64,000 nucleotides of DNA from Planctomycetota bacterium (GCA_031409275.1 JANNXA010000040.1:96001-160000); one strand, 5' to 3'. Shown: positions 9,802-19,929, counted from the first letter of the stretch. The notes: generated by a model not told the origin, from the sequence alone. A program made the numbers and translations.

Positions 9802-12144
9802 GTGATTCGCAATTGGATGGCGGTGCTCGCACTCACGGTGTCCGCGTTCGCCGCTGGCGACGACCGCATCGACACGATCCTGGCCCGAGTCGAGAAGGCG
9901 GGCCCCTCCGGAGCCTGCGATGGCGCGCGTGAACTCGTCGAGCTCGGCGCCGCAGCCCGAGCGGAGATTTCCGCCCGTCTGCCGAAGGGCACGGCGCTGG
10001 CGCGAATCACGATCGGCAAGGCGCTGATCGAACTCGATGAGCTCGATGCGGCGCGCGATGCGCTGGTGCAGGTGGTCGAGGATGGCGCGACGGCCGGCCC
10101 GACCCGCAACGTCGCCGTGCAGATGCTCGGCATCACCGACTTCGCCGCCGACGAGCGCGTGGTCAAGCTGCTCCGGTCGCGCCTCGACGCCGAGCTCGAC
10201 CCGATCAGCAAGCTCGCGGTCGCCAAGGCGCTCCACAGCGTCAGCAACGCCGACCGGCCACGCTGCACCAAGGAGATGGAGCGAGCGCTCGAATCGGAGC
10301 GCAGCGACGTTCGCATCCAGGGCGCGCTCGCGCTCGCCGAGATCGGCGCGATCGAGAAGGCTGCACCGGTCCTGAAGAAGCTGCAGCGCGACCCTTCGCC
10401 GGAAGGACGCCTGGCCGTCGCCTACCTCGAGAAGGACAAGGCCGCCCGTCTCAGCGAGTCGCGGATGCGCAGTCGACCGCGCGGCGACGAGTTTGCGCCG
10501 GGCTCCGACCTCGACCTGCTGCAGGAGATCCTCGATCGCCTGCTCGAACGCCATGTGCAAGGCAAGGACTACCGCACGCCCGAGTTGCGCGAAGAGCTCA
10601 TCGAGGCGGCCGCCGACGGAATGATGCGGCGGATGGACCCGCACTCGAACTTCTTCACTCAAGCCGAGCACGAGCGCTGGAACCTCGACCTGCAGCGCGA
10701 CTACGGCGGCATCGGCGCCTACGTCGACCAGGTCGGCGAGGACAAGGTCTTCACCATCACCCGCCCGATCTACAGCGGCCCCGCCTACGAAGCCGGCCTG
10801 CGCAGCCGCGACCAGATCTGGAAGGTCGACGGCTGGGAGACGACCGGCGTCAAGGACATCAACGAGATCATCGGACGACTCAAGGGCCCCGCGAACACGC
10901 CGGTGACCATCACCGTCTTCCGTCGCGGCTGGACCGAACCGAAGGACATGCAGCTGTCGCGGCAGCGCATCATCATCCCGTCGGTTTCGCACGACATGCT
11001 GCCGGGAGACCTCGGCTACGTGGAACTGGTCACGTTCGCGCGCGAGTCTCCTGACGAGATGGTCAGCGCGCTCATCGACTTGAAGCAGCGCGGCATGAAG
11101 GGACTCGTCCTCGACCTGCGCAACAACACCGGCGGATTCCTCGAGGTGGCGCAGATCCTGGTCAGCCTCTTCTGCGGCGACAACAAGCTGGTGGTCCGCA
11201 CCGAAGGTCCCATGCCGCAGGACAACCAGAACTACGACACGCCACCGCTCCCCATCAGCTTCGCCGATCGCGACAAGCTGCCGATGGCCGTCCTGGTCAA
11301 TGACGTGTCGGCCAGCGCGTCCGAGATCCTGACCGGCTGCCTGAAGCACTACGGACGCGCCACCGTGGTCGGCACGCACACCTACGGCAAGGGCTCGGTG
11401 CAGACTCCCATGTCGCCGATCTCGCGCTTCGAACGCTTCACCGACCAGAACGGCAACGGCGAGTACGACCAGGGCGAGCCGTTCAACGACCGCAACGGCA
11501 ACGGGAAGTGGGACATCGGCCCGTACATGAAGATCACCACGGGCCGCTACTTCCTCCCGGACGGCACCACTCCCGATCGCCAGTACGACACCGACGGCCG
11601 CGTGCTGACGCAGGAGATCGACGGCAAGAAGTACATCAAGGGCGGCATCCATCCCGACGTCGTCGTCGAGTTGCGCGAGCCCGACCTGTGGAAGGAGCAG
11701 GAGTTCGCCAAGTTGCTCCTGAAGAGCCCCGATCGCCGGCGCTCCACCGTCTTCCACGGCTACCTCGACGATCACTACGACGCCAACCGCGACCTCTTCC
11801 TCGAGCTCTCTGCCGGCGACCGCCACGACGCCTCTCGCTACCCGGGATTCGACGAGTTCTACGAAGGGCTCGACACGCGGCTCGCGCGTGAAGATGTCCG
11901 CTTCTACCTGCGCCACTATCTGCGCGAACGCGTCTGCGACGATCGCAAGCAGACGTTCCCGGGCCAGGGCTACTTCATCCTGGGCGACTACCAGGAAGAC
12001 AACCAGCTGCAGGCCGCGATCAAGCTGGTGCTGGAGAAGCTCGGCAAGAAGCCCACGGACTTCCCGAGCTACGAGTCGTTCGACGCCAAGGTCGCCGACG
12101 CGCCACCCGCCGCGGAAGCAGCCGCGGGCGGCGGCTCGCACTGA
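9802..12144 (+). CDS. Carboxy-terminal processing protease (S41) with N-terminal HEAT-like repeats and a PDZ domain
   Basis: Signal peptide, DPHSNF, YGGIG PDZ, LDLRNNTGG, SASASEI (Ser) and GKGSVQ (Lys). GTG start at 9802 follows GGAGGAG. Confidence 0.88.
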   Translation: MIRNWMAVLALTVSAFAAGDDRIDTILARVEKAGPSGACDGARELVELGAAARAEISARLPKGTALARITIGKALIELDELDAARDALVQVVEDGATAGPTRNVAVQMLGITDFAADERVVKLLRSRLDAELDPISKLAVAKALHSVSNADRPRCTKEMERALESERSDVRIQGALALAEIGAIEKAAPVLKKLQRDPSPEGRLAVAYLEKDKAARLSESRMRSRPRGDEFAPGSDLDLLQEILDRLLERHVQGKDYRTPELREELIEAAADGMMRRMDPHSNFFTQAEHERWNLDLQRDYGGIGAYVDQVGEDKVFTITRPIYSGPAYEAGLRSRDQIWKVDGWETTGVKDINEIIGRLKGPANTPVTITVFRRGWTEPKDMQLSRQRIIIPSVSHDMLPGDLGYVELVTFARESPDEMVSALIDLKQRGMKGLVLDLRNNTGGFLEVAQILVSLFCGDNKLVVRTEGPMPQDNQNYDTPPLPISFADRDKLPMAVLVNDVSASASEILTGCLKHYGRATVVGTHTYGKGSVQTPMSPISRFERFTDQNGNGEYDQGEPFNDRNGNGKWDIGPYMKITTGRYFLPDGTTPDRQYDTDGRVLTQEIDGKKYIKGGIHPDVVVELREPDLWKEQEFAKLLLKSPDRRRSTVFHGYLDDHYDANRDLFLELSAGDRHDASRYPGFDEFYEGLDTRLAREDVRFYLRHYLRERVCDDRKQTFPGQGYFILGDYQEDNQLQAAIKLVLEKLGKKPTDFPSYESFDAKVADAPPAAEAAAGGGSH

Positions 12145-12201
12145 GGGCGACGCGCGAACCCGCTGCGACCGCGTCGAGCGCGGCGCAGCGGCGCCGGCAG
12201 C

Positions 12202-12606
12202 TCAGCGCGTCTCGTTCAGCCGCAGCGTCGGGCGATAGCCCCGCTCGAAGGCCTCGCCGAAGTCGAACCCGCCGGCGAAGTCTTCCTTGCGGTCGTGTTC
12301 GCCCTGGTGAAGCAGGTCGTGGTCGATCAGGCTGAAGACGATCTCGCCGAAGTCCGCCGTGCTGTAGACCCCCCAGCTCTCGAAGACGCAGCGGGCGAGC
12401 GGCCCGAAGCGCTCGAGGCCGAGTCGGCGCATTCCTTCGAGGAGTTCCACCACCGCGATGTGGCGCTGCGCCGGATTGGCGCGGCAGCCGGGGTGGGTCA
12501 GGACGTAGTCGAGCGCCTGGAAGACGAACTGGTAGCTCTCAGCGCAGTAGCGCCGATCGGAACGCACCAAGTCGTCGATCTTCGTTTCCAGAGTCAGAGC
12601 GGCCAT
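12202..12606 (-). CDS. Minf_1886-like conserved PVC protein
   Basis: DRRY..ESYQFVFQALDY, RHI...ELLEG, FGPLARCVFESWGV..TADFGEIVF, EDF...FDF; matches my recollection of this PVC family. Confidence 0.75.
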   Translation of the reverse strand: MAALTLETKIDDLVRSDRRYCAESYQFVFQALDYVLTHPGCRANPAQRHIAVVELLEGMRRLGLERFGPLARCVFESWGVYSTADFGEIVFSLIDHDLLHQGEHDRKEDFAGGFDFGEAFERGYRPTLRLNETR

Positions 12607-12612
12607 CGGCCA

Positions 12613-12817
12613 TCCTCCGCATCACCGTTGCACGAAGAGACGTTGCTCGTCGTGACGGGTGACGCCCACCGCTCCTATCGGCGCTTCGGGAGGATCCGCC
12701 AAGCGGAATCTCTTCCGCTTGCCTGACCATTTGAGGAGCCAACCCAGACGCACCACCGCTGGTGGCTGCCGGCATTGACCCCACTACCGATCGTGGTCGG
12801 CCGCACTTCCGGGAGGT
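12613..12817 (-). ncRNA. Candidate structured non-coding RNA (possibly 6S-like)
   Basis: About 205-nt gap between same-strand genes. Perfect 9-bp hairpin at 12700-12721 (GAGA tetraloop on - strand), long imperfect hairpin at 12735-12782, partly complementary ends (12614-12619 vs 12810-12816). Identity not established. Confidence 0.35.
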
Positions 12818-12841
12818 CGTCAGCGCGAACTCAGGCCGCGC

Positions 12842-13876
12842 TCACCCCTCGAGATTGGGGTCACCGGAGCCATCGCCCCCCAACTCGTCGTCCTCATTCG
12901 GAGCGGTTGGCGCGGGTCCGGGACGGTTCGCCTGCTCCTCGATCCGGGCCGGCCCGACCCGAGCGGGACCGACTCGGCGGACGGGCGCACTCTCGGCGCC
13001 GCGATCGCGCGGGTCGAGCATCGGCGGGCGCGGCGGCTTGATTCCGGTCTCGAGCAGCTGGGAGACATGCGCGATCGCCCGTTCGCCGTTTTCGAGCTCG
13101 ATGACGAGCTTCTGCAACAGCAGGTCGCTGTTCACCACGCGGCCGAGCCCCTGCTCGATGCGCACCCACGCGTTGCGGCGCGGGAGCGACTTCTGGAGCT
13201 CGACGTAGACCGAGTCCTCGTAGCGCAGGCAGCATTTGAGCTTGCCGCATTGGCCGGCGATCTTGGTCGGGTCGAGCGTCTTCTTCTGCTGCTTGGCCAT
13301 CCGCATCGAGACCGGCTGCAGGTCGTGCAGGAAGCTCTTGCAGCACAGCTCGCGTCCGCACGACGCGACATCGCCGGTGAGCCGCGCTTCGTCGCGCGCG
13401 CCGATCGGCTTCATCTCGATGCGCGTCTTGAAGCGCTGACCGAGGTCGCGCACGAACTGGTGCAGCTCGGCACGGCTGTTCGAGGCGAAGTGGAGGATCA
13501 GCTTCTCCTTCGCGAACAGGTACTCCGCGCCGACGATCTTCACGCCAAGCCGGTACTCGCGCGACTTCTCGCGCGCGAAGCGGACTTCGGTCATCACGCC
13601 GAGCTTCTTCTGGGCGAGCTCGCGCTGCACCTCGTCGGGAGCCGCGCGACGGACCACCGTCCCCTGCGACGTCGCACACGACCCGCACGCCGATTCGCCG
13701 CAACCTGCCTCGCCCTGTCCATCCTCGATCGGCTTGGCGAGGATCACTCCAAGCTCGGTGCCCCGCGACGATTGGATCACGCAGGTGTCGCCCGCCTTCA
13801 GCTCTTCGCCGGTCTCCACCGTGAAGAGACCGCGCAGCTTGAGGCTGCCGTAGCGAACCGTCGTGAGTCGGCGCAT
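12842..13876 (-). CDS. ricT: PSP1-domain / RicT (YaaT) Fe-S regulatory protein
   Basis: IGARDEA...CGRELCC, VSMRMAKQQ, KIAGQCGKLKCCLRYE; directly downstream of holB. Confidence 0.85.
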   Translation of the reverse strand: MRRLTTVRYGSLKLRGLFTVETGEELKAGDTCVIQSSRGTELGVILAKPIEDGQGEAGCGESACGSCATSQGTVVRRAAPDEVQRELAQKKLGVMTEVRFAREKSREYRLGVKIVGAEYLFAKEKLILHFASNSRAELHQFVRDLGQRFKTRIEMKPIGARDEARLTGDVASCGRELCCKSFLHDLQPVSMRMAKQQKKTLDPTKIAGQCGKLKCCLRYEDSVYVELQKSLPRRNAWVRIEQGLGRVVNSDLLLQKLVIELENGERAIAHVSQLLETGIKPPRPPMLDPRDRGAESAPVRRVGPARVGPARIEEQANRPGPAPTAPNEDDELGGDGSGDPNLEG

Positions 13877-13907
13877 CAGAGGAGTCTCTTCGAGGATTCT
13901 TTGGATC

Positions 13908-14993
13908 TCACGCCTCGCCGACCCGCGCGGCCTCGTCGGCTGCCGGCTGCAGCGCGCACCAAAGCACGGACGCGGGATCGACGTTGCCTTCGATCCGGTC
14001 TTGGGCACGCGCCAGGCGAGTGAGCGCCGCGGAGGCGTCGGCCCACTCGGGCCGGCTCGCGATGTGGCGCAGCCGCTCGACCTGGTCGAGGTTGCGGATG
14101 GTAGCGCCGCCTCCGGAGGCCCTCAACACGACGGCGTCGCGAACCAACGAGATCACGAGCCGCAGCAGCAGCCGCGCGCGCGCTCGCAGCTGCGCCGGTT
14201 CGGGCTCTTCCTCCTGCTGCTCATGCAGCAGCGCGATCCAGCGCGCGAGGTCGTCGCGGCCGCGCTCCTCGGCCAGCAGCTGAGCGACCCCCCGGCGCAG
14301 CGCGTCGACGAGCGGCGCCGACCACTCGACCAGGATCCCGGGACAACCCGCGGCGACCGACATCGGCAGCGACGTCGCCAGCCCCAGGCGCGCGGCGACG
14401 GCGTGCACCTCCTCGTCGGCAAGCGGGGTGAGCGCGAAGCGCTGGCAGCGCGAGCGGATGGTCGGCAGCACGGCATCGCCGCGCGCCGCCGTCAACACCA
14501 GGACGTTGCCCGGCCGCGGCTCTTCGAGCGTCTTGAGCAGCGCATCCTGCGCCGGCGGCGTCATCCGATCGGCGCCGAGCAGCAGCGTCACCCGGCCGCG
14601 CTCATCGGGCGGCGCCAGGCTCAAGTCGCGCGAGAGGTTCTGGACCTGCTCGATCGAGATCGCGCTTTTGCCATCGGCGACGGTGACGGTGAGCACGCTC
14701 GCATGGTTGCCGCGCAGCAGCGCACCACAATCGGCGCAAGTGCCGCAGCCGTGCCCGTCGCGGCAGAAGCGCTGGGCGACCAACGCCTGCGCGAGCGTCC
14801 GTTTGCCGACGCCGCGCGGCCCGAGCAGGAGCATCGCGTGCGGCAGCGTTCCCGCCGCGCAGCGCTCCCCGAGGAACTTGCGCAGCGGCGCATGGCCGGC
14901 GACCGCATCGAGCCCGATGGCGGGAGTCGGCGGCGGACCGAAGCGCGGCGGCGGCGACGAGGGCGGCGGCGACTTGGCGGCGGGCGGCGACAT
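13908..14993 (-). CDS. holB: DNA polymerase III subunit delta'
   Basis: LPHAMLLLGPRGVGK, zinc motif CxxxxxCGTCADC, ISIEQV, AQDALLKTLEEP, LPTIRSRCQ. Start 14993 or 15005. Confidence 0.9.
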   Translation of the reverse strand: MSPPAAKSPPPSSPPPRFGPPPTPAIGLDAVAGHAPLRKFLGERCAAGTLPHAMLLLGPRGVGKRTLAQALVAQRFCRDGHGCGTCADCGALLRGNHASVLTVTVADGKSAISIEQVQNLSRDLSLAPPDERGRVTLLLGADRMTPPAQDALLKTLEEPRPGNVLVLTAARGDAVLPTIRSRCQRFALTPLADEEVHAVAARLGLATSLPMSVAAGCPGILVEWSAPLVDALRRGVAQLLAEERGRDDLARWIALLHEQQEEEPEPAQLRARARLLLRLVISLVRDAVVLRASGGGATIRNLDQVERLRHIASRPEWADASAALTRLARAQDRIEGNVDPASVLWCALQPAADEAARVGEA

Positions 14994-15056
14994 GGCGCGG
15001 AGCATATGATCCGCGCCCCGTTTCGACCCGACACGACCTCGCGAGACGAATCCTCC

Positions 15057-17423
15057 ATGAGCTCGTCCCCCGCCGCTTCCGCCCCGACCTCCTGGCGCCC
15101 GCGCGTCGATCCGACCTCCGAGCAGCTCGCGCAATGGGCGCCGCGCTTCGAAGTGGTGGCCGACGTGATCGACCAGTGCATCGACTTGATGCTGAACCAC
15201 CGCCAGAGCGGCCATCCCGGCGGCAGCCGCTCGAAGATCCCGGTGCTGGTGACGACGCTGCTCTCGGGCGCCATGCGTTGGGACGTGCGCCATCCCGAGA
15301 AGCGCTTCGGCGACAAGTTCGTGCTCGTCGCCGGCCACTGCAATCCAGGCGTCTACGCGACGCTCGCCGTCTTCAACGAAGCGCTGCGCTTCATGCACCA
15401 GAAGACGGGGGATGCGCGCTACTCCCACCCGCTCGGCGAGAAGTTCACGCTGCTGCCGAAAGACCTGCTCGACCTGCGCCGCAATGGCGGCCTACCGGGC
15501 CACGCGGAGATGGAGGGCAAGACCCTCTTCTTCAAGTTCAACACCGGCCCGTCGGGTCACGGCTCACCCGCCGCCGCAGGCGAGGCGCTCGCGCTCAAGC
15601 TCGCCGGCTGCGACGACGTGCGCGTCTTCGCGCTCGAAGGCGAAGGCGGCATGACGGCGGGCGCGATCCACGAGACCAAGAACACCGCCTACGGCCTCGG
15701 GCTCGGCACGCTCTTCTACCTGGTCGATTGGAACGACCACGGCATCGATCCCCACCAGGTGTCGAGCGTCGTGAAGGGCTCGCCCAAGGAGTGGTTCGAG
15801 AGCTACGGCTTCAACGTCGACGGCACGCTGCAGGGCCACGATTTCGCATCGATCGGCGAGGCGTGGCATCGCCTCCTGTCGCGCGCGAACAAGTCGACGC
15901 CGAACATGCTGTGGGTGAAGACGCGCAAAGGGCGCGGCTACGGCGTCTACGACGCCAAATCGCACGGCACTCCGCACGCGAAGAACAGCGCACCGTTCTG
16001 GACCACGAAGAAGGAGTTCGCGGCGCGCCACGGCGTCGAATTCATCGGCGTCGACCAACCGGCGCCCGAGGATGCGAAGGCGTTTCGTGAGCAGACGTTC
16101 GCCAACCTCAACGTCGCGCTCGACGCGCTGCGCGTGAAGCACCCCGAGGTGCTCGAGTTCCTCGCCAATCGGCTCGTCGAGATCGGCGACAGCGTCCCGG
16201 CCGAGAATCCCAACTGCAAAGTCCGCGCGGACGTCGATCCGGGTCGCGACCGCCGCATCCTCGACGTCGACAAGCTTCCCGCCGAGCTCTTCGCCGCGCC
16301 CGGCACCAAGCAGCCCAATCGCGCCGGCTTCAGCAAGTACGGCGGCTACGTCAATGCGATCGCGCAGGAAGTGGCGGGTCGCCCGCTCGTCATCGCCTGC
16401 AGCGCCGACCTCGCCGAATCGACCAACATCTCCGGCTTCGCGCATGGCTACGGCGCCTTCAAGGGCCACGGCTGGTACCAGCGCGACACCAATCTCGGCG
16501 GCGCGCTGCTGCCGCAGGAGATCACCGAGTTCACCAACGCCGGCGTCGTGGCGGGCCTCGCCGTCACCAACCTCTCGCCGCGCCCGTTCGAGGAGTTCCG
16601 CGGCTACTGGGGCGCCTGCTCGACATACGGCTCGTTCAGCTACTTGAAGTACGGCTTGATGCGCCTCTTCTCGCAGGTCGCACAGGACTCGCAGATTCGC
16701 GTGGGCCGCGTCCTGTGGGTCGCCGGCCACTCCGGACCCGAGACGGCCGAGGACTCGCGCACCCACTTCGGCATCTTCGAGCCGGGCGTGACGCAGATGT
16801 TCCCGCGCGGCCACGTGATCAACCTCCACCCGTGGGAGCACAACGACGTGGCGCCCTGCCTCGCCGCCGCGTTCGCCACCGACGTGCCGGTGATCGCGCT
16901 CCATCTGACGCGCCCCGCCGTGACGATCCCCGACCGCGCGAAGCTCGGCATGGACGACTTCCGCATGGCGGCGAAGGGCCTCTACGTCGCGAAGGAGTGG
17001 ACGCCCGGCCAGCCCAAGCAGGGCACCATCCTGGTGCAAGGCACCAGCGTCGTCGACTCGATGATGAAGGTGCTGCCGAAGCTGAAGGAGTCGGGACCCA
17101 ACGTCCGCGTGCTGGTCATCTCGAGCCACGAGCTGTTCCGCCTGCAGCCGCGCGACTACCAGGAGAAGCTGCTTGCGTGGGCCGACTGGCAGGACTCGAC
17201 CGTCTTCAGCTCGAGCAGCCGGAAGAACATGGGCGACTGGCTGCCGAACAAGGTCGCCGAGGAGTACGCGCTCACTCCCGACTGGGACGATCGCTGGCGC
17301 ACCGGCGGCTCGGTGGACGAGATCATCAAGGAGTCGCACCTCGACGCCGCTTCGCTCGAAGCGGGGATCGCCCGCTTCGTCGCCGACCGCGAGCAGCGCC
17401 TCGCTCGCATCCGCGCGGTGTAA
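15057..17423 (+). CDS. Transketolase (long, divergent type)
   Basis: SGHPGGS, LPGHAE, TGPSGHG, ThDP-binding-like GEGG...DWND, SADLAES, and C-terminal domains. Real start is ATG 15057, not 13863. Confidence 0.85.
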   Translation: MSSSPAASAPTSWRPRVDPTSEQLAQWAPRFEVVADVIDQCIDLMLNHRQSGHPGGSRSKIPVLVTTLLSGAMRWDVRHPEKRFGDKFVLVAGHCNPGVYATLAVFNEALRFMHQKTGDARYSHPLGEKFTLLPKDLLDLRRNGGLPGHAEMEGKTLFFKFNTGPSGHGSPAAAGEALALKLAGCDDVRVFALEGEGGMTAGAIHETKNTAYGLGLGTLFYLVDWNDHGIDPHQVSSVVKGSPKEWFESYGFNVDGTLQGHDFASIGEAWHRLLSRANKSTPNMLWVKTRKGRGYGVYDAKSHGTPHAKNSAPFWTTKKEFAARHGVEFIGVDQPAPEDAKAFREQTFANLNVALDALRVKHPEVLEFLANRLVEIGDSVPAENPNCKVRADVDPGRDRRILDVDKLPAELFAAPGTKQPNRAGFSKYGGYVNAIAQEVAGRPLVIACSADLAESTNISGFAHGYGAFKGHGWYQRDTNLGGALLPQEITEFTNAGVVAGLAVTNLSPRPFEEFRGYWGACSTYGSFSYLKYGLMRLFSQVAQDSQIRVGRVLWVAGHSGPETAEDSRTHFGIFEPGVTQMFPRGHVINLHPWEHNDVAPCLAAAFATDVPVIALHLTRPAVTIPDRAKLGMDDFRMAAKGLYVAKEWTPGQPKQGTILVQGTSVVDSMMKVLPKLKESGPNVRVLVISSHELFRLQPRDYQEKLLAWADWQDSTVFSSSSRKNMGDWLPNKVAEEYALTPDWDDRWRTGGSVDEIIKESHLDAASLEAGIARFVADREQRLARIRAV

Positions 17424-17508
17424 GCGATCGGCTGCAACGGCGCGCCGCTGACCCACTGCATGGCCAGCGGCGCGCCGCCGCGAAACTCCGAAGCGAGGCG
17501 GCTCGACC

Positions 17509-19740
17509 TCAGTTCCCGAGCACGAGCTCGAGTCCCTGCGTGAACGAGATCTTCTGCGGCGCGCCGACGTCGACTTCGAGCGCCTGCGCGAAGAAGGAGA
17601 CGCCGCAGAGCGCCGGGTCGTTGTCGATGTCGGCATCGAGCGGCGTCGAGCCGGGGTTGAGCGTCAGCAGGAACGAGAGGTCGGCGTCGACGAGCAGCGT
17701 GCCGCCCTTGAACGGCAGCGACGTCGTCGAGTCGCCCACCATGACCAGGGCGAGCGTCGCAGCGCCGAGCGAATTGCCGAGGTCGGCCGTCATCGTCGTG
17801 CCGAGGATCGGCGGCACGCTCACGGTGAAGCTCGGCACGCCGAGCGTCCCGGCGAGCCCCGCACCGTAGTTGCTCCACGAAGCGGTGGTCGCGAGGCAGA
17901 ACTGGAAGTCGTCCCAGGCGACGCCGCCGACGTCGCTGATGCTCTTGATCTCGACGCGCGAGACGTCGCCGAATGCGGTGCAGTCGACGAGGAGCGGTGT
18001 CGCCGGCGTCCCCGCCCCGACGACGTCGACCGACCCGGCGAGCAACCCGTTCGAGTAGACATCGACCGTGGCGACGCTGCCGACGTTGTCGACGCCGATC
18101 GCGTGGAAGGTGAGCGAGGCGATCGGGCAAGGAAAGTCGATGAACGTGTCGTGCGTGCAGTCGGCCGCGCCGCCGAGCGGTGCCGTGCAAAGCATGTTCG
18201 GCGCGGTGGCGCCGTTGGCCGACGCAACGGCGATGTTCTCGAAGCCCGCGGACGAGGAGAAGGCCGCCTCGGCGTATTGGCTCGTGACCGCAACGCCGGT
18301 GGCGAGCGTGTCGAAGTCGATCCCGACTGGGTCGCGAACGACGACGTCGACCTCGGCCGACGCGATTCCGTTGGCGATGACGGTCAGCTTCGCGGGGCCG
18401 ATCTCGCCGCTCGGCACGACGAAGTGGGTCGAGTGGATCGCGCTGCCGGTCATGTAGCCCATCGTGCTCGGGTCATGGGCGCGGCAGTACGACGTGTGGC
18501 CGCTGTTCGTGAACTTGATCTTCACGATCGGGTAGTTCGTCGCCATGTTGCATTCGTCGCCGTAGCTGCACGCCGTGCTGCGGCCGTTCAGTTGGGTGCC
18601 GAACACCTTGTAGTCGACACCCGGGATCAGGTCGGTGGGAACCGACGTGATCGTCGGCGCCCACGTCGGATCGGGGCTGCCATCGGGCGTGTAGATCGAG
18701 ACCGAGTAGCAGGAATTGAGCACCTTGCCGGTCGGCAGGAGGAGCAATCGCGCCTCGTAGGCGGGGTGGCCGCTGTTGGCGGGATCGGGGACGTCGATCC
18801 AGTTGGAGCCGTCGTACTCGTACATGTAGTACGGCGCGCTGAAGCCCAGACCGAGCGTGACGAGCAGGTTGCCGTTCGGCAGGAGAGCCGAACAGGAATC
18901 GTAATTGGAGACCGCCTTGCCACCGACCAACGGCGGGTCGGTGCTCTGTACCCAGGTGCCGACTCCGCCGGGCGTCGTCGACGGCGTGTAGTGGCAGACG
19001 TGCGGCGTGGCGCCGAAGCAGACGACCTCACCGTTGTTCATCATCAGCGCCGAACCGATCTCGAGGATGCCGTCGACGAGATCCACCGGCGTGTTGCCGA
19101 GCGAAGTCCAGGTGTCGGCGACCGGATCGTAGAGCTCCGAGCCCGGGTGGCCTGGGCAATCGACGGAAAGCACCGTGCCGTCCGGCAAGACGGTCCAGGT
19201 CTCCTCGACGCTGCTCGAATTCAATTTGTCGGCGGCGCTCGTCCACGCATTCGTCTTCGGGTCGTAGATCGCGACCCTCGGCGTGAAGTACTCGGCCAGC
19301 ATGAAGCGCCCGTCGGGAAGTACGACCGAAGGCGCATCCGCAATCGAACCCCAGCCGGTCGGCTTCGCGACGAGCGTCCACGTGTCGAGGACGGGGTCGT
19401 AGATCTCGATCGTGTCGGTGCCGGTGCCGTACTCACCTCCCGCGATGATCACGCGGCCGTCGCCGAGCACCCCCGATGCGTAGTAGAGGCGGCTGTCGTT
19501 CGCGGTCGCGGCGGCGGACCACGTGCCGTCGGTGTAGCTGCCCGTGATCGTCGGTGTCAGGATCCACCACTTGGTGCTCAGGTTGTCGTTCATGAGCACG
19601 CGCCCATCCATGAGCAGGAAAGCGGTGCTCGCCTTCCTCCCCGTCGGCTGGTGGGACAACTGCTGCCAGCCGTTCGCGGGCGCCGAGGGCGCGGCGGCGC
19701 CAAGTGCCAGCAACGTGGCGAAGATCGCGAGGGGTTTCAT
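17509..19740 (-). CDS. Secreted kelch/galactose-oxidase-like beta-propeller protein with Ig-like and C-terminal domains
   Basis: Signal peptide MKPLAIF...APSAPA; repeated LxDGRV...YDPxxxxW blades; C-terminal WSNYGAGLAG...QGLELVLGN domain. Confidence 0.8.
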   Translation of the reverse strand: MKPLAIFATLLALGAAAPSAPANGWQQLSHQPTGRKASTAFLLMDGRVLMNDNLSTKWWILTPTITGSYTDGTWSAAATANDSRLYYASGVLGDGRVIIAGGEYGTGTDTIEIYDPVLDTWTLVAKPTGWGSIADAPSVVLPDGRFMLAEYFTPRVAIYDPKTNAWTSAADKLNSSSVEETWTVLPDGTVLSVDCPGHPGSELYDPVADTWTSLGNTPVDLVDGILEIGSALMMNNGEVVCFGATPHVCHYTPSTTPGGVGTWVQSTDPPLVGGKAVSNYDSCSALLPNGNLLVTLGLGFSAPYYMYEYDGSNWIDVPDPANSGHPAYEARLLLLPTGKVLNSCYSVSIYTPDGSPDPTWAPTITSVPTDLIPGVDYKVFGTQLNGRSTACSYGDECNMATNYPIVKIKFTNSGHTSYCRAHDPSTMGYMTGSAIHSTHFVVPSGEIGPAKLTVIANGIASAEVDVVVRDPVGIDFDTLATGVAVTSQYAEAAFSSSAGFENIAVASANGATAPNMLCTAPLGGAADCTHDTFIDFPCPIASLTFHAIGVDNVGSVATVDVYSNGLLAGSVDVVGAGTPATPLLVDCTAFGDVSRVEIKSISDVGGVAWDDFQFCLATTASWSNYGAGLAGTLGVPSFTVSVPPILGTTMTADLGNSLGAATLALVMVGDSTTSLPFKGGTLLVDADLSFLLTLNPGSTPLDADIDNDPALCGVSFFAQALEVDVGAPQKISFTQGLELVLGN

Positions 19741-19929
19741 GCCAGCTCCTTCTTTCGATGCAACGACCCGCGCCGCGCACTCGCGCGACCGGACCACGGA
19801 GTAGCAGGTCGGCTCGATCCCGGATACGGGTGACCCCGACGCGCCCGGAGAAGCGCGGATCGAGCGGAAGGAGGGCGGCGTTCGACGGCTCGGAGCCGCG
19901 ATCTCACTGCTGAGAAGGCGCCACCGTCG

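Noticed and set aside
9586..12141. 851-aa minus-strand ORF
   Set aside because: Antisense shadow of the S41 protease.
13863..15056. Apparent 400-aa N-terminal extension on transketolase
   Set aside because: Lies antisense to holB; transketolase homology starts only after ATG 15057.
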